A stretch of DNA of 64,000 nt from Pseudomonadota bacterium (GCA_963205195.1 CAUJHR010000020.1:29589-93588), one strand, 5' to 3'. Positions 1-9,813 are shown, numbered from the stretch's first letter. Notes: generated by a model not told the origin, from the letters alone. Numbers and translations are program-made.

Positions 1-252
1 TTTGCAAAGAGCAAGCGCCTGGTCATTTACTGCTTTATGGTCTTTTACCATGCTCTCAGCAAATGCTTTTATTTCAGGATTTTTGGTCTTCTTCAATGCG
101 ATCTCCGCAGCTTTAATATCAAGTTCACCAGCAGTATAGGCGATATGCGCGATCTGCGGATCGGTAAGTTTAGCAGGTTCAGCAGCATTAGCTGAGCCGA
201 TAGCGAAAATGCCAAAGAGGGCAGACACAGCAAGCATTGATTGAATTTTCAT
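1..252 (-). CDS. DUF4142 domain-containing secreted protein (only the N-terminal 84 codons; the gene runs off the window start)
   Basis: My own minus-strand translation from the ATG (rc of cat at 250-252) gives MKIQSMLAVSALFGIFAIGSANAAEPAKLTDPQIAHIAYTAGELDIKAAEIALKKTKNPEIKAFAESMVKDHKAVNDQALALCK. It has a signal peptide followed by the '..FA..Mv.DH..' pattern I associate with DUF4142. The frame stays open to position 1. Confidence 0.6.
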   Translation of the reverse strand, partial: MKIQSMLAVSALFGIFAIGSANAAEPAKLTDPQIAHIAYTAGELDIKAAEIALKKTKNPEIKAFAESMVKDHKAVNDQALALCK

Positions 253-350
253 TGATAATTCTCCAAAAGTTAGTTTAAAAAATGCATTAAATGCCAAAAA
301 ACCATATAGAATTAGTCGGGCTTGTAAAGTAGGCAACATTTGTATATATA

Positions 351-390
351 GATACCAATTAGGTATATTAGTATTCAAATAGATACTATC
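351..390. promoter_or_regulatory. Two short inverted repeats (GATACC-AATTA-GGTAT and TAGTAT-N9-TACTA) in the divergent DUF4142/HxlR promoter region; candidate operator
   Basis: Read directly: gATACCaattaGGTATattaGTATtcaaataGATACtatc, ending 19 nt upstream of the HxlR-family start codon. The assignment as an operator is inference only. Confidence 0.25.
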
Positions 391-408
391 AGCATAACCG
401 GGGTTTAC

Positions 409-771
409 ATGTCAAAAAACTGTCCAATATTTCTAACTTTGCAACTTATAGCACATAAATGGTCTGTACGTATTTTACAAAATTTACTCCATGCCGATGA
501 AAATACTTTGCGTTTTGGGCAATTGCAAAAAATGCTGCCGGGAATTTCACAGCGCGAACTCACCAAGCATTTGCGCGAATTTGAAAAAGCGGGAATTGTT
601 GAACGCACGGTATTTCCTGAAGTACCGCCGCGCGTTGAATACCGCCTTACCACAATCGGACATTCGCTACTAAAACCAATTGATGAATTATCGCATTGGG
701 CGGAAAGCAACGCGGTTTTTGTGCAGCAGAAACGCAAAGAATTTGAAGAGCGTGCTGTTGCCGCTAATTAA
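409..771 (+). CDS. HxlR-family winged-helix transcriptional regulator
   Basis: 120 aa. 'CPIFLTLQLIAHKWSVRILQNLL...LRFGQLQKMLPGISQRELTKHLREFEKAGIVERTVFPEVPPRVEYRLT' is the HxlR-type HTH signature. Confidence 0.85.
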   Translation: MSKNCPIFLTLQLIAHKWSVRILQNLLHADENTLRFGQLQKMLPGISQRELTKHLREFEKAGIVERTVFPEVPPRVEYRLTTIGHSLLKPIDELSHWAESNAVFVQQKRKEFEERAVAAN

Positions 772-838
772 TCTATAGACAAACCCATGCAAATCTCTAC
801 ATATACCGCTCGAATTTAGAAACTCTGCACCAGATATT

Positions 839-2458
839 ATGCTTTTTGTAAACAACCTTACTTTCCGCATCGCCGGGCGAACCTTGCTTGAAAATACGTC
901 TATCAGCATTACTGCAGGTATGCGCGTGGGGCTGGTTGGCCCGAATGGAACCGGTAAATCCACCTTGTTCAAGCTGGTATCCGGCGAATACCACGCTGAC
1001 GGCGGCGACATAACAATGATAAAAGGCGCAAGCCTTGGCATGGTGCGCCAGGATCTGCCGGAAGATGATACCAAGGTTATTGACGTTCTGCTTGCCAGCG
1101 ACACGGAACGCGCCAAGCTTTTTTTAGAAGCCGAAACCTGCATCGACCCAGACCGGATAGGCTATATCTACACAAGGCTTGAAGAAATCGGCGCATATGA
1201 TGCTCCTGCCCGCGCTGCGACCATCCTAGCTGGGTTAGGGTTTAATGAAGAAGCGCAGAACAGCCCGATCTCGGACTTTTCAGGAGGCTGGCGGATGCGC
1301 GTGGCACTGGCTGCTGTTTTGTTCTGCCAGCCGAATTTACTGCTGCTTGACGAACCTACCAACCATCTGGATTTTGAAGCTATGGTATGGCTGGAAAATT
1401 ACCTGATGAAGTTCACAGAAACATTAGTGATAATCAGCCATGACCGTGATATTCTTAATAAAACCGTTACCCACATCGCGCATCTGGAAAATAAAAAACT
1501 TACGCTTTACACCGGAACCTACGATGAATTCGAGCGCAAACGCGCCGAGCGCATGCTTGGCCAGCAGGCACTTCATGAAAAGCAGATGGCGCAAAAAGCG
1601 CATATGCAGAAATTCATTGACCGTTTTGGAGCTACAGCAAGCAAGGCGCGGCAGGCCCAAAGCCGGATGAAAGCAATTGCAAAGATGGATATCGTCGATG
1701 CGGTGATGGCAGACCGCGTGACGGCATTTGAATTCCCAGAACCCGATGAGCAGAAATCACCAATGCTGGTTTTGGAACATGTTGAAGTGGGATATGAACC
1801 GGGAAAACCAGTACTTAAACGCCTTGATTTACGTATTGATGCCGATGACCGCATCGCCCTGCTCGGCGCGAACGGCAATGGTAAATCAACCTTGGTAAAA
1901 CTGCTTTCGGGGCGCTTGCCGCAACTTACCGGGAAGATACATAAATCCAGCAAATTACGGGTCGGTTATTTCGCGCAGTTCCAGACTGATGAATTGGATG
2001 TATTGCTAACGCCGTTTGAAGTTATGCGCGAGGCTATGCCAAAAGGAACTGCTGAATCCAAGATCAGGGCTGCGCTTAGTAAATTCGGGTTTGACAAGCA
2101 TAAGGCCGACACTGTGGTTGGCGACCTGTCGGGCGGTGAAAAAGCCCGCCTGCTTTTTTGCCTGATGAGCTTTGACGCTCCGCACATAATGCTGCTTGAC
2201 GAACCTACCAACCATCTGGACATGGACGCACGCGAAGCACTCATGCAGGCGCTAAATAATTATAAAGGCGCGGTGATACTGGTAAGCCATGACCCGCATC
2301 TTGTAGATTCAGTAGTTGACCGCCTTTGGCTGGTGGCCGATGGAACATGCAAACCATACAGCGGTGACCTAGAGGATTACCGAAAGCTGGTAGTCGCCCA
2401 ACGCAAAAAAGAACGTGAAGACACGAAGAGAGAAGCGAAAAAGAAAAAGGCTGGATAG
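839..2458 (+). CDS. ABC-F family ATPase (two ABC domains, no transmembrane domain)
   Basis: 539 aa with two Walker A motifs (GPNGTGKST, GANGNGKST), two ABC signatures (FSGGWRMR, LSGGEKAR), two Walker B motifs (LLLLDEPTNHLD, IMLLDEPTNHLD) and a charged linker plus Lys-rich C-terminus. Confidence 0.9.
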   Translation: MLFVNNLTFRIAGRTLLENTSISITAGMRVGLVGPNGTGKSTLFKLVSGEYHADGGDITMIKGASLGMVRQDLPEDDTKVIDVLLASDTERAKLFLEAETCIDPDRIGYIYTRLEEIGAYDAPARAATILAGLGFNEEAQNSPISDFSGGWRMRVALAAVLFCQPNLLLLDEPTNHLDFEAMVWLENYLMKFTETLVIISHDRDILNKTVTHIAHLENKKLTLYTGTYDEFERKRAERMLGQQALHEKQMAQKAHMQKFIDRFGATASKARQAQSRMKAIAKMDIVDAVMADRVTAFEFPEPDEQKSPMLVLEHVEVGYEPGKPVLKRLDLRIDADDRIALLGANGNGKSTLVKLLSGRLPQLTGKIHKSSKLRVGYFAQFQTDELDVLLTPFEVMREAMPKGTAESKIRAALSKFGFDKHKADTVVGDLSGGEKARLLFCLMSFDAPHIMLLDEPTNHLDMDAREALMQALNNYKGAVILVSHDPHLVDSVVDRLWLVADGTCKPYSGDLEDYRKLVVAQRKKEREDTKREAKKKKAG

Positions 2459-2735
2459 AGTTTGTCGTTATACTTTATTAATTTCATTGCGATTCCTGCA
2501 ATGACTAAATTCATTAATGCACATGAAAGCTTTCCTGACAGCTCCCTACAGGCTCCTTCATAACCATAATTTTGTATGCAGCTTAACCCTAATTGTACAT
2601 TATGTAAAATATTATACATAGCAACTTTATCAAGGGGTTTATGCCATATATATTCACCAATCAGCAACAATATCATTAATTTTTGTTAAAGTCATGCACC
2701 AAGTTTAAACTGCAATTAAAAAGGCCATAAACAAG

Positions 2736-2764
2736 TTGACCAAGCACCTTATAATGCTTATTAT
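2736..2764 (+). promoter_or_regulatory. Candidate sigma70-type promoter for tRNA-Cys (TTGACC - 17 nt - TATTAT)
   Basis: TTGACC lies at 2736-2741 and TATTAT at 2759-2764, a 17-nt spacer. The -10 element ends about 21 nt upstream of the mature tRNA 5' end. Confidence 0.4.
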
Positions 2765-2785
2765 GCAGCCCCTTTGATAGAGTGG

Positions 2786-2860
2786 GGCTAGGTAGCAAAG
2801 TGGTAATGCACGGGACTGCAAATCCTGTATTCGGGAGTTCGATTCTCCCCCTGGCCTCCA
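2786..2860 (+). tRNA. tRNA-Cys (anticodon GCA), CCA encoded
   Basis: Hand-folded. The acceptor stem GGCTAGG/CCTGGCC has one G:U pair. The anticodon arm is CGGGA-CTGCAAA-TCCTG, the T arm is GGGAG-TTCGATT-CTCCC, and the discriminator is T followed by CCA. Confidence 0.9.
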
Positions 2861-2996
2861 TATTTTTCCAGCCATTTAAAAAACATGTTGGTTTTTTGGC
2901 AAATATAACTATATTCCTAGACAAATATTTTAATAAAATCCCAATTCATGATTTTATTCTTTGTTTAATATTAATTTATTTTTCGGTGAGGATTAA

Positions 2997-4325
2997 GTGA
3001 AAAAAAACAAGATTGTTTTCAATCTATTCATAAGTTTGTCTATGCTTTCTGCATCTGCTCTTATAGCAAAGGTATATGCGGCTGAAACCTATTATATCGA
3101 GGTAGGCAAACCTTCCAGCATCGAAGAAATACATGAAGAATGGAGTGACCTTACCAAAAAATACCGATCCCTTCTGGGAAAACTTAACTTTTACCCGAAA
3201 GCAACTATAAGCCAGGAAGGTGAAACCACAAACACTATCCAGGCTGGCCCTATAAGGGAAAAAGCAAGGGCACAGAAAATCTGCAATAAATTATTTTCCA
3301 ATAATACGCCATGCTTCGTAATTGAAGGAATTGAAAACAAGCCGCCTACAATGTCGATAAGGGTTTCGCAAGCAGCAACCCAGCCTGGTGATACTGTGTT
3401 CCCATGGCATGTAAATGATGCCCCGCCAGAACAACCTGCCCCTTCTTCTCCTAGGGCAAACGGGAGAAAGTCAGAAGCAAAAGTAGATGTCGCGGAGGCT
3501 ATTGCCGTACCACTTAGCAACCATGCTGACACAGCGATGAATGATAACCGCCCGGTCCCGGAGCCTGAAATAATCCAGGATGACCAGCCACAATCAGCTA
3601 ACCTTGTACGTAATTTCTCGCAGCAGGAATTTGCTTCAATGGAAAGCGGAGCGCTAGTTGTAAATGGCTTTTCCAGCGAAGAGCAGGCAAGCAGCTTCTG
3701 GAATTATGTAAATAGTGAATTCCCAGATATGGTCAATGGCCTGCGTGTACGTATCCAACGCCCTATGCTTGCCAGTAACGGCAGGGCAGCACAAATAAAG
3801 ATACACCCGTTTGCAAGCGGGGCTGCAGCACAAGCGTTCTGCAACCAGGCAGTGAATGGTTTTGGCATCTCTTTAGAATGCCATTATGAGGCTAGCAATC
3901 CGCAGGCTTCATCAAATAGCAGCAATAATAACTTTGAAAATGATGAATCGGCACATACAAGCGCCTATGCACAGCGCCGTCAGTTCCAAAGAAGGGTTCC
4001 TGCCGGGCAAAATGCACGCGTACTAGACGTGCCAAGGCACCAATCGGCCATTGAGATACAGGAACTTCCTGAACAGGGAAAAATCTATTGGGCGCAGGTA
4101 GCAATTGCTGAAAGCAAAGGTGAAGCAACCCACCGCTGGAATGATATTAAGAAGAAAAATGCGGCAGCACTTAAAGGTGTGAACAGCAAACTTTCAGTAT
4201 CTTCGTCAGCTTATGCGAAATACTCCATGCGCCTTGGCTCGTTTGAAAATGAGAATGATGCAAATAGCCTGTGCGATAAATTACAAGCACGCGGGGTTGA
4301 TTGCCTGGTGGTTTCAGGGCAGTAA
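2997..4325 (+). CDS. Secreted SPOR-domain protein with three SPOR-like repeats
   Basis: 442 aa with a GTG start and an N-terminal signal peptide (…SASALIAKVYA). The C-terminal 'YWAQVAIAESKGEATHRWNDIKKKN…YSMRLGSFENENDANSLCDKLQARGVDCLVVS' is a typical SPOR fold pattern. Two further similar modules lie at about aa 30-110 and 220-300. Confidence 0.75.
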   Translation: MKKNKIVFNLFISLSMLSASALIAKVYAAETYYIEVGKPSSIEEIHEEWSDLTKKYRSLLGKLNFYPKATISQEGETTNTIQAGPIREKARAQKICNKLFSNNTPCFVIEGIENKPPTMSIRVSQAATQPGDTVFPWHVNDAPPEQPAPSSPRANGRKSEAKVDVAEAIAVPLSNHADTAMNDNRPVPEPEIIQDDQPQSANLVRNFSQQEFASMESGALVVNGFSSEEQASSFWNYVNSEFPDMVNGLRVRIQRPMLASNGRAAQIKIHPFASGAAAQAFCNQAVNGFGISLECHYEASNPQASSNSSNNNFENDESAHTSAYAQRRQFQRRVPAGQNARVLDVPRHQSAIEIQELPEQGKIYWAQVAIAESKGEATHRWNDIKKKNAAALKGVNSKLSVSSSAYAKYSMRLGSFENENDANSLCDKLQARGVDCLVVSGQ

Positions 4326-4332
4326 ATACTGC

Positions 4333-5703
4333 CTAAACTACTCTGCCGAATAGGTCGTATTCGTCTGATGCTTCGATCTTCACATTGACTATCGTACCGG
4401 GAAGCACACGGCCTTTGCTGGTTACATGTACCACGCCGTCAATATCGGGTGCATCAGCAGATGAGCGCCCGATTATTTTATAATGCGCTACCGCTTCGCT
4501 ACTTGATCGCGTGCCTTCAGGCGTTACTTCATCAATTAGAACCGGGATGGTTTTGCCAACTTTTTTCTTAAGACGCTTGGCGCTTATTTCCTGTTGCACC
4601 TGCATAAAGCGATTCCAGCGATCTTCTATAATATCCGCCGGGACATGGTTTGCCAGCGCGTTGGAATCTGCGTCGGAAACATTCTCATAACGGAAGCAGC
4701 CTACGCGGTCAAGCTGCGCTTCTTTCAGCCAATTGAGCAGAAATTGGAAATCTTCTTCGGTTTCACCGGGAAATCCGACAATGAAAGTTGAGCGCAGAGT
4801 AATTTCCGGGCATATCTCACGCCATTTTGCTATGCGCTCCAGAACTTTTTCTGAGCTTGCCGGACGGCGCATATTTTTAAGCACATTAGGCGAAGCATGC
4901 TGGAAAGGAATATCGAGATAAGGCAGTATTTTTCCCGCAGCCATTAAATGCACTGCCTCGTCAACATGCGGATATGGGTAAACGTAATGCAGGCGTACCC
5001 ATGCGCCAAGTTCACCCAGCTCTTCACAAAGATCATAAAATTTTGCCCGTACTTGCCTTCCCTTCCAATCACTGGCGGCGTATTTCACATCAATGCCATA
5101 AGCGCTGGTATCTTGTGAAACTACGAGCAACTCCTTTACGCCGGAAGCAACCAACCGCTCGGCTTCACCCAGCACATCGGCAGCCGGGCGGCTTACAAGG
5201 TCGCCGCGCAGTTTTGGTATAATACAAAAAGAACAACGGTTATTGCAGCCCTCGGAAATTTTCAGGTAAGCGTAATGGCGCGGGGTGAGCTTTACCCCCT
5301 GCGGCGGCACAAGATCGATATATGGCTCATGCAGTGGGGGTATGGCCTTATGCACAGCATTCACCACCGACTCATATTGCTGCGGCCCGGTTATGGCCAG
5401 AACATCGGGATATTTACTGCGGATAAGCTCAGGCGTTGCGCCCATGCAGCCGGTAACTATTACTTTACCGTTTTCGCTTAAAGCCTCGCCAATCGCAGAA
5501 AGCGACTCTTCGCGGGCGCTATCTAGAAATCCGCAGGTGTTCACCACCACTACATCAGCTTCACCATATCCTCCAGAGAACTCATAACCCTCAGCGCGAA
5601 GCTGGGTAAGTATACGCTCGGAATCAACCAGAGCTTTGGCACAGCCAAGGCTTACGAAGCCAACTTTAGGAGCAGTTTGTTTAGATGTTGCAATATTTTT
5701 CAT
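4333..5703 (-). CDS. rimO: Ribosomal protein S12 methylthiotransferase RimO
   Basis: It has the MTTase N-domain '[28 protein letters not shown]', the radical-SAM motif '[11 protein letters not shown]' and a C-terminal TRAM domain. The longest ORF reaches 5739 but starts with TTG, so I prefer the ATG at 5703 (MKNIATSK…). Confidence 0.9.
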   Translation of the reverse strand: MKNIATSKQTAPKVGFVSLGCAKALVDSERILTQLRAEGYEFSGGYGEADVVVVNTCGFLDSAREESLSAIGEALSENGKVIVTGCMGATPELIRSKYPDVLAITGPQQYESVVNAVHKAIPPLHEPYIDLVPPQGVKLTPRHYAYLKISEGCNNRCSFCIIPKLRGDLVSRPAADVLGEAERLVASGVKELLVVSQDTSAYGIDVKYAASDWKGRQVRAKFYDLCEELGELGAWVRLHYVYPYPHVDEAVHLMAAGKILPYLDIPFQHASPNVLKNMRRPASSEKVLERIAKWREICPEITLRSTFIVGFPGETEEDFQFLLNWLKEAQLDRVGCFRYENVSDADSNALANHVPADIIEDRWNRFMQVQQEISAKRLKKKVGKTIPVLIDEVTPEGTRSSSEAVAHYKIIGRSSADAPDIDGVVHVTSKGRVLPGTIVNVKIEASDEYDLFGRVV

Positions 5704-5752
5704 AGCAGGCCTTATATAGGCAGGATGGGCTTTAGGCAATAGACATTAGGGG

Positions 5753-7879
5753 TTATTGATAGCCAAATAGCTGCAAAAGAAGCTCCAAAGCCTTGCCACG
5801 CGGGGTTTGCATGGCTTTTTCGCTGGCTAGGAAGCCGGTTACTTCCGCTTTGGCCTGCTCCAGAAGCTCCTGATGCTCGAACAGGTCGGTAAATATGAAG
5901 CGCGGAAGCCCGCTTTGCCGAGTTCCCAGCAGATCGCCGCTGCCGCGTATAGCAAGGTCGGCCTCAGCTATTTTGAAGCCATCCTCGGTTTCGCGCAGTA
6001 TGGAAAGTCGGGACTGCGCCACTTCCTTGGAATTGTCTGAACAAAGCAGTACGCAGGCGCTTGGTTTATCACCACGCCCTACCCGCCCGCGCAGCTGGTG
6101 AAGCTGGGAAAGCCCAAAACGATCTGCCTTTTCAATCACTATTATGGTAGCGTCACGTACATCAACTCCTACTTCGACTACCGTTGTGGCAACCAGAAGG
6201 CTAATGTTACCTGCGGCAAAAGCCTGCATTACCTCATCGCGCTCGTCGCTTTTCATCTGCCCGTGTACCAGACCTACCTTATCTCCAAAACGCGCCTTGA
6301 ACTCAGTATAACGTGATTTTGCCGCGGCTATATCGGTTTCAGTGGTAAAGCCCAAATTATCCTGAGTGGAATTATCCTCAATAAGCGGGCATATCCAATA
6401 GGCTTTTTCGCCACGTGCCAGAGCCACTTTAAGACGCTCCATTATTTCATCATAGCGTGAAAGGGGAATGACCCGCGTAGTTATCGGCTGGCGATGTGCT
6501 GGTTTTTCGGTGAGCTTCGATGACTCCATATCACCATACAAGGTCATGGTCAGCGAGCGCGGGATCGGCGTTGCAGTCATATGCAATACGTGAGGAGCAT
6601 TACCTTTTGCGGAAAGAGCCATGCGCTGATTGACACCGAAACGGTGCTGCTCGTCGATCACGATAAAGGCCAGGTTTGCAAACTCTACCTGCTCCTGGAA
6701 AAGCGCATGAGTACCTATTATTATGTTGATGCTGCCATTTGCCAATGATTCCAGAACCTGTTTACGTTCATTTCCTTTTATGCGACCAGAAAGCAGGGCA
6801 ACAGATATACCAAGTTCTTTTGTTAGGCTTGAGATAACCTCAAAATGCTGGTTGGCAACGATCTCGGTGGGAACCATCAGCGCGCATTGCAGCCCCTGCT
6901 CTACTGCCTTTAACATGGAAAGTAATGCGATTATGGTTTTGCCGCTGCCGACATCTCCCTGCAGCAGCCTACCCATACGGCTTCCCGATTCCATATCCGC
7001 CGCAATTTCTTTCAACACCTGCTGCTGGCCTACAGTCAGGGAATAAGGCAGTTCGCTCTGGAGAATATCTGTAAGCTTGCCAGTTCCTTTTATAATTTCC
7101 CCTGCCTGATGCTGGCGGTTTTGACGCAATATCGCAAGGTGCAGCTGGTTGGCGAGCATTTCATCATAAGCAAGACGCAGACGGGCAGGAGAGAGAGGAT
7201 GCAAATCCTCCTGCTCTTTTGGATTATGGGCATCAATTAGTGATTGCTTCCAGCTTTTCCAATTTTTCTGTGCCAGGATTTCCGGCCTGATCCACTCTGG
7301 AAATTCCGGCGTTTTTTCCAGTGTATCGGAAACCAGTTTATAAATTTTTCTGCTGGTAAGGCCCAAAGTCAAAGGATAAACGGGTTCTGGCTTCTGAACA
7401 TCTGAAAGTTTATCAACAGTGGTTATTATATCGGGATGCGTCATCTGCAAATTATAATCAAACTTTTCCGTGCGCCCGCTTATTACCCGTTCTTTGCCAA
7501 CTGGAAGCGCCTGTTTTAAATAATCCTCGCGTGGGTTAAAAAATACTAAAGTGATATCACCAGTTTTATTAGAGCAGATAACCTTATAAGGTTTTTTACT
7601 AAAGCGTCTTGACCCGGCTGGCGGCGGCTGGTGGATCTCCACTGTAACTACGAAAGTAGCAATAACCCCATCGGGCGCTTCATTAAGCGGACAGGTAAAA
7701 CGCCTGTCGAGCAACCCAACCGGCAGATGGAATAACAGGTCACGGATTATTGGCATAGTCGCGCCGGATATTACCGTAGGTGCCGGAAGCAAACGGCATA
7801 AAGCTTCCGACGTGCTGCCACCCACGCCTTTTACCCGCGTAACTGCCGAAAAAAGATAATTGAGCATTTCATGGCGCAT
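5753..7879 (-). CDS. recG: ATP-dependent DNA helicase RecG
   Basis: 708 aa with a wedge domain followed by the SF2 motifs 'GDVGSGKT', 'VIDEQHRFGV' and 'MTATPIPRSL'. It lies 13 nt upstream of rimO on the same strand. Confidence 0.92.
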   Translation of the reverse strand: MRHEMLNYLFSAVTRVKGVGGSTSEALCRLLPAPTVISGATMPIIRDLLFHLPVGLLDRRFTCPLNEAPDGVIATFVVTVEIHQPPPAGSRRFSKKPYKVICSNKTGDITLVFFNPREDYLKQALPVGKERVISGRTEKFDYNLQMTHPDIITTVDKLSDVQKPEPVYPLTLGLTSRKIYKLVSDTLEKTPEFPEWIRPEILAQKNWKSWKQSLIDAHNPKEQEDLHPLSPARLRLAYDEMLANQLHLAILRQNRQHQAGEIIKGTGKLTDILQSELPYSLTVGQQQVLKEIAADMESGSRMGRLLQGDVGSGKTIIALLSMLKAVEQGLQCALMVPTEIVANQHFEVISSLTKELGISVALLSGRIKGNERKQVLESLANGSINIIIGTHALFQEQVEFANLAFIVIDEQHRFGVNQRMALSAKGNAPHVLHMTATPIPRSLTMTLYGDMESSKLTEKPAHRQPITTRVIPLSRYDEIMERLKVALARGEKAYWICPLIEDNSTQDNLGFTTETDIAAAKSRYTEFKARFGDKVGLVHGQMKSDERDEVMQAFAAGNISLLVATTVVEVGVDVRDATIIVIEKADRFGLSQLHQLRGRVGRGDKPSACVLLCSDNSKEVAQSRLSILRETEDGFKIAEADLAIRGSGDLLGTRQSGLPRFIFTDLFEHQELLEQAKAEVTGFLASEKAMQTPRGKALELLLQLFGYQ

Positions 7880-7972
7880 AGTAAGAGATTAACGCTGTTG
7901 TAAATATAAATCACTGGATAAATTATCATTCTTAATTTATCTTATTAAAAATATTTATTTTAAAATTATCAT

Positions 7973-8893
7973 ATGTTTAGAAACATGCCTTACAAATCTT
8001 TCCAGAAAAAACATACTGGCTTCACGCTGATAGAATTAGCCATAGTTATTATAGTTATTGGATTTATAATAGGCGGAATACTTATTGGAAATGATCTTAT
8101 TAAGGCATCTAGGTTACGCTCTGTTATCACCAGCATTGAAAAATACAATGCAGCAGTAAGTGCATTTGAAAATAAATATGGCTGCATTCCCGGTGATTGT
8201 AAAAAAGCCACCAGTTTTTTTAGCAGCAACCAGGATTGCGCGGGCGCAACAGGCACCCACACCAACAGTACTACCTGCAATGGCGATGGTGACGGGCTGG
8301 TAACACTGACCAACCCCAGCGACCCGCCGGGCACTAATTCATGGTATTACGATGAAACTGTATTATTCTGGCAGCAATTATCCATAGCTGGCTTTATTGA
8401 AGGTGGTTATTCGGGAAAAATGGATGCTACAAATTATGTAGTTGGGGGAACTAATGTTCCGCAATCACAGGTTAAGGGCGCCTGCATATCTGTTAATTCG
8501 GCGGGTTATACCAGCGCTGATGCTGCGGTAAAACTGCCTTATAATGATACCCTGCAAGTTCCATTCGACAGGGGAAACATGTTTGAGCTTGGAAACCCTA
8601 AAATAGATAACGGCACTGGCGCTGCAAGCAACTCATGTATCGGAGGCCTGCTTTCATTGCCTGCAATTTCCGCTTATAATATTGATATTAAAATTGATGA
8701 TGGAAGGCCGTTCGCCGGTTCCGTCCAAACGATGATGCAGCTTGATGGAAGCCTATGGAATTATAGCGGAAATAGCAATGTAGGCTGCACGAACCAAAAT
8801 GCAGCACCTGATGTTTATGCCACAACATGGTCGGCATATGATGTATCTATTGGCAAAACAGCATGCCAGTTATTTTTTAAGGCAACATTCTGA
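7973..8893 (+). CDS. Prepilin-type N-terminal cleavage/methylation domain protein (large, Cys-rich type IV pilin/pseudopilin-like)
   Basis: It carries the class III signal 'KKHTG/FTLIELAIVIIVIGFIIGGILIG' (G-1, F+1, E+5), followed by a roughly 270-aa Cys-containing globular region. The start could instead be the ATG at 7988. Confidence 0.7.
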   Translation: MFRNMPYKSFQKKHTGFTLIELAIVIIVIGFIIGGILIGNDLIKASRLRSVITSIEKYNAAVSAFENKYGCIPGDCKKATSFFSSNQDCAGATGTHTNSTTCNGDGDGLVTLTNPSDPPGTNSWYYDETVLFWQQLSIAGFIEGGYSGKMDATNYVVGGTNVPQSQVKGACISVNSAGYTSADAAVKLPYNDTLQVPFDRGNMFELGNPKIDNGTGAASNSCIGGLLSLPAISAYNIDIKIDDGRPFAGSVQTMMQLDGSLWNYSGNSNVGCTNQNAAPDVYATTWSAYDVSIGKTACQLFFKATF

Positions 8894-8898
8894 TCTAA

Positions 8899-9813
8899 TC
8901 AGTAATTAATTGAGGTATCAATTAATATATTAGTGGCATCACCATGCAATTTATCAAGCGCGGCCTCACATTTATCCATTTCATTTACTTCCTTGCCACG
9001 CCCTGAAATACCGCAGAAGCTTATGCTCACCGTAAGCCCCACCTGCCTTCCATTCTCCCCGACATAAGGATTTGATGCTATCTGCCAGCGCAAACGATTT
9101 AACACCAGGCGTTCAGAGCCATTGTTTATATCAACAAGCAAAACACCTACGCGCCCATCCCCTACTATCCCGATAACATCATCAGGGCGCAAGCTGCGCT
9201 TTGCCATAGATACCGAATATTTAACAAGCTCATTGCATACTTCCCTGCCATTCTGGGCAAGCAGCTTATCATAACCATCAATCTGCACCACTGCAAAACA
9301 TGAAAGCATATCGCTATTGTTCATGTGGTGCTTCATAACCTCAATATCTTTAATTAGTGACGACCTGTTAGGAAGAGAAGTATTTTGGTCAAGGGATTCA
9401 TGCCCTCTAAAATTATCCCTGATAACCTTCCGTAAGGCTTCATTCCTGCGTATTACCGGTGCATCATGCAATACTATAGAAAAGTAAGAATTTCCACCGC
9501 TGCACTCTATACGGTATATTTTTATGCGATAAGCACGCTCATTACCATTTTTTCCAATTATACTGAAGCTTTGCACTTTAGACAGTACGGAACCGACATC
9601 ATTTGTATCATTTTCAAAATCTATATACTCATTCAGCAGATCGGCTATCCTTTGGGGAAGAATGGTAGAAAGCGGCTGATCGGCCAGTTCATATGAGCCG
9701 AAACCAAGCAATTCGCTGGCAGAATAATTTAACTCACTTATTGTTACAGAACCTGCCTTATTATTCTGGCAAATTGTAAGTACAGCATCATTATTACGGT
9801 ATTCAATCGACAT
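8899..9813 (-). CDS. PAS-like sensor domain plus degenerate GGDEF domain protein (A-site GDGRV, RxxD I-site retained)
   Basis: 304 aa. 'DQNTSLPNRSSL…VVQIDGYDKL…RSLRPDDVIGIVGDGRVGVLLVD' aligns by eye with the PleD GGDEF domain (DQLTGLHNRRYM…IDIDFFK…RAIDLPCRYGGEEFVVIM). Confidence 0.6.
   Translation of the reverse strand: MSIEYRNNDAVLTICQNNKAGSVTISELNYSASELLGFGSYELADQPLSTILPQRIADLLNEYIDFENDTNDVGSVLSKVQSFSIIGKNGNERAYRIKIYRIECSGGNSYFSIVLHDAPVIRRNEALRKVIRDNFRGHESLDQNTSLPNRSSLIKDIEVMKHHMNNSDMLSCFAVVQIDGYDKLLAQNGREVCNELVKYSVSMAKRSLRPDDVIGIVGDGRVGVLLVDINNGSERLVLNRLRWQIASNPYVGENGRQVGLTVSISFCGISGRGKEVNEMDKCEAALDKLHGDATNILIDTSINY

Noticed and set aside
2377-2676. 99-aa minus-strand ORF in the 327-nt spacer after the ABC-F gene
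   Set aside because: It would overlap the ABC-F 3' end by about 80 nt. It has no SD or motif that I could see. It may be a gene remnant, but I cannot support that.
2861-2996. Integration module or genomic island at tRNA-Cys
   Set aside because: No integrase, no repeat of the tRNA 3' end and no foreign-looking genes lie downstream. The next gene is a SPOR protein with normal composition.
2676-3000. ORFs 2676-2924 (-) and 2782-3000 (+)
   Set aside because: Both overlap the tRNA-Cys gene and its flanks and have no protein-like features.
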